Positions 54,160 to 64,000 of a stretch of DNA of 64,000 bases are shown in pieces. The notes under the pieces were generated by a model that saw nothing but the letters and a program-made list of their open reading frames with translations, had not been told where the DNA came from and made no database searches. Position 1 is the stretch's first letter, and the number at the start of each line of letters is the position of its first letter. The DNA is from Desulfobacterales bacterium (GTDB taxonomy: Bacteria; Desulfobacterota; Desulfobacteria; Desulfobacterales; UBA2174), in assembly GCA_963668645.2 (NCBI GenBank), contig CAXXWC010000008.1:110153-174152 (forward strand), read 5' to 3'. The translations under genes and the position numbers were made by a program.

Positions 54160-55046
54160 CATCAAACCACGAAAGCCCCATGGAATGGACCCCGGAGGCC
54201 GAGGCGGCCCTCCGGAAGGTTCCGTTTTTCGTGCGCGGCAAGGTGCGCGCCCGGGTGGAGGCCGACGTGGAGGCTGCCGGGTACCGCCGGGTGACCCTGG
54301 CAGAAGTCGAGGCCAGCCGGAGGCGCTTCGTTTCCGGTATGGCCCGGGAGGTCAAGGGCTACCAACTGGACGGGTGTTTTGCCGCCGGTGGATGCCCCAA
54401 CCGCATCGGCGACGCCGGACGGCTGCTGGAGCGCATCGAGGACCTGCTGCACCAGGCCGATCTTCTCGGTTTTCTCAAGTCGCAGGTTAACGGGCCGCTG
54501 AAATTCCACCACGAACTGCGGGTCAGCCTGGCCGAGTGCCCCAACAGTTGCAGCCAGGTGCAGATCAAGGACATCGGGATCCTGGCGGTCTGCGCACCGC
54601 ACCTCGACGATGAAGCGTGCAGCGCGTGTAGCGCCTGTGTGGAAGCCTGCCCGGACGATGCCGTGCGCCTCGATGACAAGGGACCACCGCAAATCGACGC
54701 CCGGCTTTGCATGCGTTGCGGCCGCTGCGTGGCCGTTTGCCCCACCGGCACCCTGGCCGCCGGAGAAACCGGCTACCGGGTCCAACTCGGCGGCAAGCTG
54801 GGCCGCCACCCGCGCCTGGCCCGCGAATTGCCCGGGATTTACAGCGAAGATCAGGTGGTTGACATCGTGGAGAGCTGCCTGGCCCTGTACAAAGAAAAAA
54901 GCCGCGGCGGGCAGCGGCTCGCCGAGGTGTTGGACGGGGCCGGCTTCGAGGACCTGGCGCGCCGGTTCGGACCGGCGGCGGGGACCTCGGAGGCTACCAG
55001 ATGGTCTCGACCTGCGGTGGCCGGCGCAGGAACTGGTCGGCGGTGA
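54156..55046 (+). CDS. Fe-S protein: PCP_red-like N-terminus, nitrite/sulfite-reductase-like Cys motifs and 2x[4Fe-4S] ferredoxin
   Basis: WTPEAEAALRKVPFFVR; CFAAGGC; CPNSC; CSACSACVEACP and CMRCGRCVAVCP; GGKLGRHP. Confidence 0.8.
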   Translation: MTSNHESPMEWTPEAEAALRKVPFFVRGKVRARVEADVEAAGYRRVTLAEVEASRRRFVSGMAREVKGYQLDGCFAAGGCPNRIGDAGRLLERIEDLLHQADLLGFLKSQVNGPLKFHHELRVSLAECPNSCSQVQIKDIGILAVCAPHLDDEACSACSACVEACPDDAVRLDDKGPPQIDARLCMRCGRCVAVCPTGTLAAGETGYRVQLGGKLGRHPRLARELPGIYSEDQVVDIVESCLALYKEKSRGGQRLAEVLDGAGFEDLARRFGPAAGTSEATRWSRPAVAGAGTGRR

Positions 55047-55235
55047 CCAGCGGCGAGCAGGAGACGATGGCGGTGGCGGCGATGATCCGGTCCGCCGGAT
55101 CCTTGTGGGCGTCGGCGAACAGCTCCGCGGACAATTTTGCAGCGGGTGGAGTGATGGGGTGCAGTTGGTAAGTGTTGCTTCAGAAGTGTTCGACAGGAAA
55201 CGCTCCGTCGCAAGGGGGAGGCAGGCCTTGTCCAG

Positions 55236-56558
55236 ATGAAGAAAATCCTCTGTCTTTTTATCTGCCTGGTCGTCTCCGCCTGCGGCGCGAGCCGGCCCGG
55301 AACGATCCGGGACCTGGAGGTCCTGCCCCAGGACGCCGCCTGCTATCTGAACGATCTCCAGGAGCTTTTCATCTCTCCTGAGCGCCAGGCGGCCCTGTAC
55401 GCGGATTTCAGGCGCCGCTTTTTCGGTCCCTGGCACCGGCAGGCGCCCAAGTTCGGGGCCAGCGAAGTCTTTTCCGGGTTCAGGCGCTACGGATCGCGGC
55501 GGATCTACGGTGAAACCAACCTGCCGCTTACGGCGGACTGGATCGAGGCCATGGCCCGGGAGGCCGACGTCTCCGACTACCCGTCGCGCCGCCTTCCCGC
55601 CGTGGCGGTGGTCCATGCCGCCATGCGGACCTTTCCCACCCAAAAGCCGGTCTTTCTCGATCCATCCTCGCCCGGCCGGGGCTTTCCCTTCGATATGCTG
55701 CAAAATTCGCTGGTTCCTGCCGGAACACCGCTTCTGGTCACCCATGTCAGTCGCAGCGGGGAATGGGCCCTGGTGGAAACCGACTGGGCCGCCGGCTGGG
55801 TCCGCTGGCCCCAGATCGCCCTGGCGGACCCGGACGTCGCCAGCGCCTGCGAAGCGGCGCCTCTGGTGGGATTCTGGGCCGACAAGGTTCCGGTGGCGAG
55901 CCGGGAGGGCCGTTTTCTGGTTTCGGGCCGGGTGGGTATGGCCCTCGGCCTGGCCGATGATCCAGGATCCGGCGACCATTTGACCGTGCGCGTGCCGGTG
56001 CGCGATCACCTGGGCCGGGCCAGGCTCCAGGAGGCGGCGGTGGACAGGCGAAACGTATGCCCATTGCCGTTTCCCGCTACGCGGGAAAACGCCGCGCGGC
56101 TCCTGAATGCCCTGATGGGCCAGAACTATGGATGGGGCGGCCTCTATGAAAACCGGGACTGCTCGGCCCTGATCCAGGACATCCTGGCCCCCTTCGGTCT
56201 TTTTCTGCCGCGCAACTCCAAGGAGCAGGCCGGCGCGGGGCGCTTTGTCTCTTTCAATGGAATGGATGGGCCGCAAAAGGAGCGCTGCATCCGGCAACAG
56301 GGAGTCCCCTTGTTGGCCATCCTCTACATGCCCGGGCACGTGATGCTCTATCTGGGCCAGGACCCGGCTTGCAAACGCACGGTGGTCTGCCATGCCATGT
56401 GGGGGCTCAAGACCCTGGGCTCCTTTGCCGAAGGCCCGGGCCGCTGGGTGGTGGGCAGGACCGTGATCACCTCTCTCGAAGCGGGCCGGGAGCGTTCCGA
56501 TCTGGCCCCCGGCGGCCTGCTGCTGGACAAACTGACCGGAATGGTGCGCCTCGATTGA
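55236..56558 (+). CDS. SH3/NlpC-P60 cell-wall peptidase lipoprotein
   Basis: Lipobox VSA-C, YGWGG...RDCS, GHVMLY. Confidence 0.9.
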   Translation: MKKILCLFICLVVSACGASRPGTIRDLEVLPQDAACYLNDLQELFISPERQAALYADFRRRFFGPWHRQAPKFGASEVFSGFRRYGSRRIYGETNLPLTADWIEAMAREADVSDYPSRRLPAVAVVHAAMRTFPTQKPVFLDPSSPGRGFPFDMLQNSLVPAGTPLLVTHVSRSGEWALVETDWAAGWVRWPQIALADPDVASACEAAPLVGFWADKVPVASREGRFLVSGRVGMALGLADDPGSGDHLTVRVPVRDHLGRARLQEAAVDRRNVCPLPFPATRENAARLLNALMGQNYGWGGLYENRDCSALIQDILAPFGLFLPRNSKEQAGAGRFVSFNGMDGPQKERCIRQQGVPLLAILYMPGHVMLYLGQDPACKRTVVCHAMWGLKTLGSFAEGPGRWVVGRTVITSLEAGRERSDLAPGGLLLDKLTGMVRLD

Positions 56559-56606
56559 GGGGCCCTGGATGACACCGCACGCCATTTTTCCAGGACGCCT
56601 TGGGTA

Positions 56607-56636
56607 TTGACAGATTCCTGGCCAACAGTTTAAAAT
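56607..56636 (+). promoter_or_regulatory. sigma70-type promoter
   Basis: TTGACA-N18-TAAAAT upstream of phosphomannomutase. Confidence 0.65.
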
Positions 56637-56785
56637 CACGAGAAATATTTGAATACTCAGACGGTTTTTGTAAATCTGCCAAAAGGCATTTCGAGGCCGT
56701 ATGGGCCCCGAGGCCAACTCCGATGGGGCGCAGGTCACATGCACCGGGACGATTTGTGAAGCCTTATCTTTGAAGGATCCAGCTG

Positions 56786-58285
56786 ATGAAAGTGAAAATC
56801 CAGGACCTGATGGAATCCAGCGGCGTCGGCTTCGGCACCAGCGGGGCCCGCGGGCTGGCGTCTGAAATGACCGACCGGGTCTGCTATGCGTATACCTGCG
56901 GCTTTTTGCAGCACCTGCGCGGCTGCGGGGATCTGCCCCGGCCGCAGGTGGCCATCGCCGGGGACCTGCGGCCGAGCACGCCGCGCATTATCGCTGCGGT
57001 CTGCCGGGCCTCGGCGGATATGGGCTGCACGCCGATCCTGTGCGGCCCCATCCCTTCTCCGGCCGTAGCCCTTTACGGCATCCGGGAACGGATTCCGGCC
57101 ATCATGGTCACCGGCAGCCATATCCCCGACGATCGCAACGGAATCAAGTTCAACAAACCGGCCGGGGAGATCCTAAAATCGGACGAAGCCGCCATCCGCG
57201 ATCAGGTCGTCGCGCTGGACCCGGAGCGCTTCGACGCCGGCGGAAGCCTCATCGAAACGCCCCCCGCGCCCCTTGTTTGCGAGGCCGCCCGCCAGGCTTA
57301 CCTGGATCGTTATCTGAACTTTTTTCCGCCCGGCGCTCTGGCGGGAATGTACATCGGCGTGTATCAACATTCGGCCGTAGGAAGGGATTTGCTGGTCGAG
57401 ACCCTCTCGGCCCTGGGCGCCCGCACCATGGCCCTGGGCCGCTCGGAGCGCTTCGTGCCGGTGGACACCGAGGCCATCCGCCCCGAGGATACGGCCCTGG
57501 CGCTGGAATGGTCTCGCCAGCGGGGTTTCGATGCCATCGTTTCCACCGACGGAGACAGCGATCGGCCCCTGATCGCCGACCAGAACGGCCGCTGGCTTCG
57601 CGGGGATGTGGCCGGGATCCTCTGCGCGCGGTTCCTCGGTGCCGACTGGGTCTGCGCCCCGGTCAGCTGCAACACAGCCCTGGAAAAGTGCGGCTGGTTC
57701 GAGCACGTCGAACGCACCCGCATCGGTTCGCCGTACGTCATCGAAGCCATGCTCAAGGGCCGGGTCGCCGGCGGGCGCCGGGTGGTCGGCTACGAAGCCA
57801 ACGGCGGTTTCCTGACCCAGTCGGACATCGAAAAAGACGGCCGCAAATTGGAGGCCCTGCCCACCCGCGATGCGCTGATTGTCATCCTGGCCGTCCTTTG
57901 CAGCGCCCGCCGGGAGGAAAAATCTGTCGGCAACCTGTTGACCGGCCTGCCTCAGCGCTACACGGCCAGCGACCGGCTGAAAAATTTTGCCCGCCCGTGC
58001 AGCGCGGCGATCCTGCGCTATTTCGATGACGCCGGGGCCGCACAGGCCCGCATCGAAACGGCTTTCGGCCACCTGTGCGGGCGGTTGGCGGCGGTCGATC
58101 GCAGCGACGGGCTGCGCATGACTTTTGCCAACCAAGAGGTCATTCACCTTCGTCCCTCGGGCAACGCGCCGGAATTTCGCTGCTACAACGAGGCTGCCGA
58201 CCCTGAACGGGCCGAAGCACTCAACGCCGCCTGCCTCCGGATCCTTTCACAGATGCAGCCCGAGGCCGGAGCAGAAAAAGGATAG
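56786..58285 (+). CDS. manB: Phosphomannomutase
   Basis: FGTSGARG, TGSH, DGDSDR, GYEANGG, RPSGNAPE. Confidence 0.93.
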   Translation: MKVKIQDLMESSGVGFGTSGARGLASEMTDRVCYAYTCGFLQHLRGCGDLPRPQVAIAGDLRPSTPRIIAAVCRASADMGCTPILCGPIPSPAVALYGIRERIPAIMVTGSHIPDDRNGIKFNKPAGEILKSDEAAIRDQVVALDPERFDAGGSLIETPPAPLVCEAARQAYLDRYLNFFPPGALAGMYIGVYQHSAVGRDLLVETLSALGARTMALGRSERFVPVDTEAIRPEDTALALEWSRQRGFDAIVSTDGDSDRPLIADQNGRWLRGDVAGILCARFLGADWVCAPVSCNTALEKCGWFEHVERTRIGSPYVIEAMLKGRVAGGRRVVGYEANGGFLTQSDIEKDGRKLEALPTRDALIVILAVLCSARREEKSVGNLLTGLPQRYTASDRLKNFARPCSAAILRYFDDAGAAQARIETAFGHLCGRLAAVDRSDGLRMTFANQEVIHLRPSGNAPEFRCYNEAADPERAEALNAACLRILSQMQPEAGAEKG

Positions 58286-58321
58286 CCGGTCTGTAAAATA
58301 CCTGCCGGCCATCGACACACT

Positions 58322-59755
58322 CTACTGGCCCGCCCCTTGCCCTTTTCCCGTGGCTTTTTGGTCCAGGCGCAGCGTGTCGGCATCATCGAGGGAACTGCCC
58401 GTTTGGACCTCGATGACCTCCAGGGGGGCTTGCCCCGGATTTTCGATGCGGTGGGCCATGCCGACGGGAATGAACACCGATTCGTCGCTGTGGATTACCG
58501 CCGTTCGGTCGTCGAGGGTCACCAGCGCCGCGCCCTGGACCACGATCCAGTGCTCGGAGCGGTGAAAATGCTGCTGCCGTGAGATCACGGCACCCGGCCG
58601 CAGGGTCAACCGGTTGACACGAAACCGTTCGGCCTCCAGGATCCGGTCCAAAACCCCCCAGGGCCGATAACGGCGCCGGTGCATATCCACTTCGGCCCGC
58701 CCATGGCTTTTGAGCACCTCGACCAGTTGCTTGACTTCCTGGGTCCTTTGGCGCGGCGCAATCATCACCGCATCGGCCGTTTCGACCACCACGTGGGCGT
58801 CCAGCCCCACGGCCGCCACCAGCCGGCTGGTGGCATTGATGTAGGAATCACGCACATCGTGGACCACCACGTCGCCCTGAAGAATATTGCGGTCTGTGTT
58901 CTTTTCGCCGGTCTGCCACAAGGCCTCCCACGACCCGACATCATCCCAGCCGGCGTCGAGCATCAGCATGACGGCTTTATCGGTTTTTTCCATCACGGCA
59001 TAGTCGATGGAATCCGAAGGGCAGGCCTCAAAGGCGGTGGCGTCGAGCCTGAAAAAATCCATGTCTTTGCGGCCGGTGCGAATCGCCTCCAGGCTGCGTT
59101 CAAAAATGGCCGGGGCCTGTTTCTTCAGTTCACTCAGATACAAAGAGGCCTTGAACATGAACATGCCGCTGTTCCAGCAATAGTCCCCTGATCCAAGATA
59201 GCCGCGGGCCGTTTCAAGGTCGGGTTTTTCGACAAAACAGGCCACCGCCACCGCGCCGCGACCACCGGGGATCTTTTCCCCCTTGCGGATATAGCCGTAG
59301 CCGGTTTCCGGAGCGTCCGGCACGATGCCGAAGGTGATCAGACGCCCGGCTTCGGCGTTGATCCGGCCGGCGGCCACCGTCTGATGGAAACCACCCACAT
59401 CGCGGATGTAATGATCCGAAGGCAGCACCAGGAGCGTCGGGTCCTGGCCTCTGGCGGTGAGCAGGTGGGCCGCGGCGGCGATTGCCGGGGCCGTGTTGCG
59501 CCCGGCCGGTTCGAGGATGATGGCTTCCGGAACCACGCCCATGGCCCGCAGCTGCTCGGCGACCATAAAGCGGTGGGTATCGTTGCACAGCACCATCGGC
59601 GCACCGATGCCGGCCATGGCGGAGACCCGCGCCACCGTATTTTGAAGCAGCGACCGGTCCCCCCAGAGACTGAAGAACTGCTTGGGGTGAAGTCGTCTCG
59701 ATAACGGCCAGAGGCGCGTACCGGATCCGCCTGCCAGGATCACGGGGACAATCAT
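58322..59755 (-). CDS. manC: Mannose-1-phosphate guanylyltransferase/mannose-6-phosphate isomerase
   Basis: ILAGGSGTRLWP, FVEKP, DSIDYAVME, RPWG, cupin HRSEHW. Confidence 0.96.
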   Translation of the reverse strand: MIVPVILAGGSGTRLWPLSRRLHPKQFFSLWGDRSLLQNTVARVSAMAGIGAPMVLCNDTHRFMVAEQLRAMGVVPEAIILEPAGRNTAPAIAAAAHLLTARGQDPTLLVLPSDHYIRDVGGFHQTVAAGRINAEAGRLITFGIVPDAPETGYGYIRKGEKIPGGRGAVAVACFVEKPDLETARGYLGSGDYCWNSGMFMFKASLYLSELKKQAPAIFERSLEAIRTGRKDMDFFRLDATAFEACPSDSIDYAVMEKTDKAVMLMLDAGWDDVGSWEALWQTGEKNTDRNILQGDVVVHDVRDSYINATSRLVAAVGLDAHVVVETADAVMIAPRQRTQEVKQLVEVLKSHGRAEVDMHRRRYRPWGVLDRILEAERFRVNRLTLRPGAVISRQQHFHRSEHWIVVQGAALVTLDDRTAVIHSDESVFIPVGMAHRIENPGQAPLEVIEVQTGSSLDDADTLRLDQKATGKGQGAGQ

Positions 59756-60060
59756 TTCTACTCCTTATCGTTGGATAAAGAAGGCAAGACGCGGATTTTT
59801 TCAGCCGTCGGACTGGTGTCCGACCGATAAAGAAAACCACCCGGGTTGTCAAATGAATTGGGCTTTCGTTTTTTTAGGAAAACCAACAGATCTCGAATCC
59901 ACCGGGAATTTCTATCCGCTTGGGCTTGGGCTTGCTGTTGTTCAGTGATATGTTCTGCATGCGTCCGACCCGGCACCGTTTCTTGCGCCCGCCTGCCAGT
60001 GGCCGGGCCGGGCCGCAAGGCATGGCAGGCTGAATTCGACATCCACCCAAGGAATTTCGC

Positions 60061-61398
60061 ATGGCATCGTCATCTTTACCCGGCCACCAGGCCGCGCTGC
60101 TGGACAAAATTACTCAACGCACCGCCGTGGTGGGCATCATCGGTCTGGGCTACGTGGGACTGCCGCTGGCGATCCACTTCGGTCAAGCCGGTTTCCGGGT
60201 TCTGGGCTTCGATCTGGACACTGGCAAGATCGATCACCTGCTTCACGGGCGCAGCTATATCAAGCACGTGCCCATCGAGCCGATCCGGGAAATGACCGCC
60301 GCCGAGCGCTTCGATGCGACCATCGACTTCGGGCGACTGACCGAGGCCGATGCCATTCTGGTTTGCGTTCCCACCCCGCTGACCGAAAACATGGAGCCGG
60401 ACCTGACCTACCTGCACCAGACCACCGAGACCATCGGCCAGCATCTGCGCCCGGGCCAGTTGATCGTGCTGGAAAGCACCACCTACCCGGGAACCACCGA
60501 GGAGATGATGCTGCCGCGCTTGTCGTCCGGGGGACTGTCGGTGGGCCGGGATTTCTTCCTGGCCTTTTCACCGGAGCGGGAGGATCCCGGCAACATGGAG
60601 TTCAACTGCGGCAACATCCCCAAGGTGGTGGGCGGGGTGACCCCGGCCTGCCTGGAGGTAGCCGTCGCCCTGTACGGATCCGTCACCCAACCGGTGCCCG
60701 TGTCCTCGACGCGCGCGGCCGAGTTGACCAAACTGCTGGAGAACACCTACCGCTCGGTGAACATCGCCCTGGTCAACGAGCTCAAGGTGCTGGCCCACAA
60801 GATGGGCGTCGACCTGTTCGAAGTGATTCAGGCCGCGGCCACCAAACCCTTCGGTTACAAGCCCTTCTACCCGGGGCCGGGTCTGGGCGGCCACTGCATC
60901 CCCATCGATCCGTTCTACCTTTCCTGGAAGGCCCGGCAGTACGATTTTGCCACCCGCTTCATCCAACTGGCGGGCGAGATCAACGTGAGCATGCCGGCCT
61001 ACGTGATCGAGCGCACCGTGGAGGCCTTGAACCGCCACCGCAAGAGCGTCAACGGCAGCCGGATCCTGGTGCTGGGGGTGGCCTACAAGAAGGACATCGA
61101 CGACGACCGCGAGTCGCCCAGCTACGCCATCATGCAGCTGCTTATGGAGCGCGGGGCCGAGGTGATCTACAACGACCCCTGGATTCCGCGCCTCAAGCCG
61201 GCCCGCAAGCACGACTTCAAAATGGATTCCACCGATCTGACCCCCGAGCTGATCGCTGCGATGGATGCCGTGCTGATCGTCACCGACCACAGTGACTACG
61301 ACTACGATGAGATCGTGCGCCACGCGCCGCTGGTGATCGACAGCCGCAATGCCACGCACCGGGTGGTCCAGGGAAGGGAGAAGATCGTGCTGGCCTGA
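60061..61398 (+). CDS. UDP-N-acetyl-hexosamine dehydrogenase family nucleotide-sugar dehydrogenase
   Basis: GLGYVGLP, ESTTYPGT, GGHCIPID, AYKKD. Confidence 0.93.
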   Translation: MASSSLPGHQAALLDKITQRTAVVGIIGLGYVGLPLAIHFGQAGFRVLGFDLDTGKIDHLLHGRSYIKHVPIEPIREMTAAERFDATIDFGRLTEADAILVCVPTPLTENMEPDLTYLHQTTETIGQHLRPGQLIVLESTTYPGTTEEMMLPRLSSGGLSVGRDFFLAFSPEREDPGNMEFNCGNIPKVVGGVTPACLEVAVALYGSVTQPVPVSSTRAAELTKLLENTYRSVNIALVNELKVLAHKMGVDLFEVIQAAATKPFGYKPFYPGPGLGGHCIPIDPFYLSWKARQYDFATRFIQLAGEINVSMPAYVIERTVEALNRHRKSVNGSRILVLGVAYKKDIDDDRESPSYAIMQLLMERGAEVIYNDPWIPRLKPARKHDFKMDSTDLTPELIAAMDAVLIVTDHSDYDYDEIVRHAPLVIDSRNATHRVVQGREKIVLA

Positions 61399-61452
61399 AA
61401 AGGGGCACAAGATGTAGTGTGCCGCCACCCGCGTTATTGCCAGGATTCAACT

Positions 61453-62265
61453 TCAGCAGTACTGCAAGGCCAGCAGTTCGGCCACCGAAGCGTCGAAAAG
61501 TTCGCGCTTCTGGACCCGGTCGAAGGCGGCGCTAAGATCGGGAACGCGCAGCCGCCGCTTTCTTTCCTCGCCATAGTCTTCCACGATCCGGCCCCGGTGC
61601 ATCATGATGACCCGGTCCGGCAGGTCCACGGCCTGCTGCATGGAGTGGGTCACCATCAGGGCGGTGAGCTTTTCCCGGTCGATGATCTCCTTGGTCAGCT
61701 CGGCGACCTTGGCCGCGCTCTTCGGATCCAGGGCGGCGGTGTGTTCGTCCAAAAGAAGCAGCTTGGGCCGCCGCCAGGTGGCCATCAGGAGAGTCAGGGC
61801 CTGGCGCTGGCCCCCGGAAAGGGTGCCGATGGGATTGTCCAGGCGTTCTTCCAGGCCCATCTTCAAGGTTCGCACCTTTTCGGCGATGGCCTGGCGTACC
61901 GGGCGGGTGACAGCGGTGCGCAGGGGGCGCGCCTGGCCGCGGTGGATGGCCAGAACGATGTTCTCGGCGATGGACATTTGCGCCACGCTGCCGGCAAAGG
62001 GGTTTTGAAAGACCCGTCCGATGTGGGCCGCCCGGCGGAACTCGGGCCAGTCGGTGATGTCCTGGCCGTCGAGGCGGATGCGGCCCCGGTCGGGCAAAAA
62101 GGTGCCGGCCACGGCGTTGAGCAAGGTGCTCTTGCCCGAGCCGTTGGTGCCGATGATGGCGGTGAAGCTGCCTTCGGCTACGGTCAGGTCCACCTGGCGC
62201 AGGGCCTGCACCGCGTTGGGGGTATCGGGGAAAAAGGTTTTGGACAGAGCTTCAATTCTCAGCAC
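61453..62265 (-). CDS. ABC transporter ATP-binding protein
   Basis: GTNGSGKST, LSGGQRQ, LLDEHTAALD. Confidence 0.92.
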   Translation of the reverse strand: MLRIEALSKTFFPDTPNAVQALRQVDLTVAEGSFTAIIGTNGSGKSTLLNAVAGTFLPDRGRIRLDGQDITDWPEFRRAAHIGRVFQNPFAGSVAQMSIAENIVLAIHRGQARPLRTAVTRPVRQAIAEKVRTLKMGLEERLDNPIGTLSGGQRQALTLLMATWRRPKLLLLDEHTAALDPKSAAKVAELTKEIIDREKLTALMVTHSMQQAVDLPDRVIMMHRGRIVEDYGEERKRRLRVPDLSAAFDRVQKRELFDASVAELLALQYC

Positions 62266-63199
62266 GGCGCAGACCTCCGGCGAATCTTTGGGACCAGGCC
62301 CCGAAGTACCGGGGCGCCACCAGGGCGGCAAATACGAAAAGGGCCGTTACCAGTTTCAGATCGTTGGGATTGAGGCCCCAGCGCAGGGCGATGGCGATCA
62401 GCAAACGGAAGAGCACCGTGCCCAAAACGGCCCCGGTGATGGCCATGCCGATGCTGCGGCGGCCCACCAGGGCCTCTCCGATGATGATGCTGGCCAGGCC
62501 CCAGACCATCATGCCGATGCCCATCTGCACGTCGGCAAATCCCTGGTATTGGGCCAGCAAGGAGCCGGCCAGGGCCACCAGGGCGTTGGACAGGGCCAGG
62601 CCGAAGATGATCATGCGATGGTGGTCCACCCCCTGGGCCCGCACCATCTGGGGGTTCTGGCCGGCCGCCCGCAGGACCGTTCCCGCATGGGTAAGCAAAA
62701 AGCGCTGCAGCAAGACGCCGATGACGATGACGATCAGGGCCGCGGTGAGGATAAAGGCCAGATCCGTTAAAGGCACCATCCAACCGATCAGATCGACCTT
62801 GGCCGCCCCGCCGGTGGTGCGGGCCAGCAGGGCCTGGGCGGGGCCGGAAAAATTTTCGACATCCATCAGGGCGATGTTGCTGCGCCCCATGACGCGCAGG
62901 TTGATCGAGTAGAGGGCCGTCATCATCAGGATCCCCGAGAGGATCTCCGGGATCTTGAAGCGGGTGTGCAGCAGGCCGGTGAGCGTGCCGGCCGCCGCGC
63001 CCGCCAGCAGCGCGGCCCCGGCGGCGATCCAGGCCGGCCAGCCCTGGATCATGAGCAGGGCCGTGACCGCGGCGCCCAGGGTGATGCTGCCGTCCACGGT
63101 GATGTCGGTAAAGCGGATCATGCGAAAGCTGACCAGCATCCCCAGCGACAGCAGCCCCAGGATCAATCCCATGGTGAACGCGCCGAGCACCAGACTCAT
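62252..63199 (-). CDS. ABC transporter permease
   Basis: DITVDGS, ALYSINLRVMG, QYQGFAD, ASIIIGE. Confidence 0.9.
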   Translation of the reverse strand: MSLVLGAFTMGLILGLLSLGMLVSFRMIRFTDITVDGSITLGAAVTALLMIQGWPAWIAAGAALLAGAAAGTLTGLLHTRFKIPEILSGILMMTALYSINLRVMGRSNIALMDVENFSGPAQALLARTTGGAAKVDLIGWMVPLTDLAFILTAALIVIVIGVLLQRFLLTHAGTVLRAAGQNPQMVRAQGVDHHRMIIFGLALSNALVALAGSLLAQYQGFADVQMGIGMMVWGLASIIIGEALVGRRSIGMAITGAVLGTVLFRLLIAIALRWGLNPNDLKLVTALFVFAALVAPRYFGAWSQRFAGGLRRAEN

Positions 63200-64000
63200 G
63201 AGGACACCTCCGGATCTTGGATCGGCGCGAACCAGCAGGCCCCGCGGATCAGGGCGCTTTGCCCCAAACCGACGGTCGGCCGGGTGTCGTCGATCAGATG
63301 CATCATGGCCAGTGGCGCCGGGCCGCTGAAAAATTTTTGCACCGTAGCGGCCAGATCGATGCACCCGTTGGGCAGCACCTGGTAGGGGAAAACCGCCGCG
63401 TGCAGATGGGCCGCCAGGTCCGGCCGGGATGAAACGGGCCGGATCAACTGATCGTCGCCGTTGTGCTTTTTTACTACCCCGGTGATCAGGGCCTGCTGAT
63501 GGGCGAAGACCCGCTCGCCGCTGAAGCTGAGCCACTGCTTGATTTGCGGGTATCCAGGGTTTTGATCAGACTCCGCCAGCCCGGGCGAGCGGATCAGGGT
63601 GGCGCCCACCAGACCTTCGATCTCGCCCATGATCACGAACCCGGCCGTTGTCCCGCAGCGCTCCAGAACCTTGTCCAGCAGGTCGGTCATGGTGAAAAAA
63701 GGCTTTTCGTCCGTGGCGGCAAAACGCAGCAGGTGCGCCATGGAACCTTGCCAAACCAGGGCCTGGGCGCACTGCAGGGCCGGCAGATACTCTTTTTCGG
63801 CCGTCAGATAATCGGGCCGGCTCTCTTCGGCCGGCGGCTGGTAGACCACGTTGCCCGCCGCCGCCAGAAACTCGCCCAGCCGTTCGCTGGCCGCAACCGG
63901 GGTCGCCTCGGCGCTGCCGATCCCCAGGGCAAAAACATCCCGGGCAAAGGTCAGGGGCCGGAGGGCATCGGCGCCGATGGCTTGCCACGGCCGCCAGGCG
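63196..64000 (-). CDS. Hypothetical protein, 5'-truncated by window edge, translationally coupled to the ABC permease
   Basis: Frame open to the window end (...ALGIG...GEFLAAAG...PDY...WLSFSGE...HLHAAVF); stop overlaps the permease ATG. Confidence 0.7.
   Translation of the reverse strand, partial: AWRPWQAIGADALRPLTFARDVFALGIGSAEATPVAASERLGEFLAAAGNVVYQPPAEESRPDYLTAEKEYLPALQCAQALVWQGSMAHLLRFAATDEKPFFTMTDLLDKVLERCGTTAGFVIMGEIEGLVGATLIRSPGLAESDQNPGYPQIKQWLSFSGERVFAHQQALITGVVKKHNGDDQLIRPVSSRPDLAAHLHAAVFPYQVLPNGCIDLAATVQKFFSGPAPLAMMHLIDDTRPTVGLGQSALIRGACWFAPIQDPEVSS

Noticed and set aside
54162..56744. 860-aa antisense ORF and many other long overlapping ORFs (e.g. 18242-19609, 19957-21354, 49299-50633)
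   Set aside because: Shadow frames opposite well-supported genes in GC-rich DNA, with no recognisable motifs.

Overview
GC-rich bacterial chromosome segment. Gene content and protein style suggest an anaerobic Desulfobacterota (inference only). I found no rRNA, tRNA, CRISPR array, integrase or transposase. The left ~7 kb looks accessory and more AT-rich by eye. It carries the 3' end of a DNA methyltransferase, an internally deleted SAM methyltransferase, a signal peptidase I, a rhombotarget lipoprotein/rhombosortase pair, a GNAT and a decayed ABC-ATPase fragment. The best candidate for a new system follows: a sigma54-type promoter, a 91-aa peptide with four YG[GA]PC repeats, and a radical SAM-SPASM enzyme resembling tyramine-excising spliceases, fused to a TPR tail. 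Next come an RpiR-led catabolic operon (M20 amidohydrolase, second glutamine synthetase, Liv-type ABC transporter, MmgE/PrpD), a sigma54-activated GcvT-flavoprotein/ETF/amidohydrolase module, and a TonB receptor plus metal-type ABC operon behind a structured leader. The rest holds two Hsp20 genes, glnD-amtB-PII-glnA, a complete shikimate cluster preceded by an unannotated Phe/Trp/Tyr-rich leader peptide, and sugar-nucleotide genes. Seven apparent +1 frameshifts, six clearly in homopolymer runs, are most likely sequencing errors.
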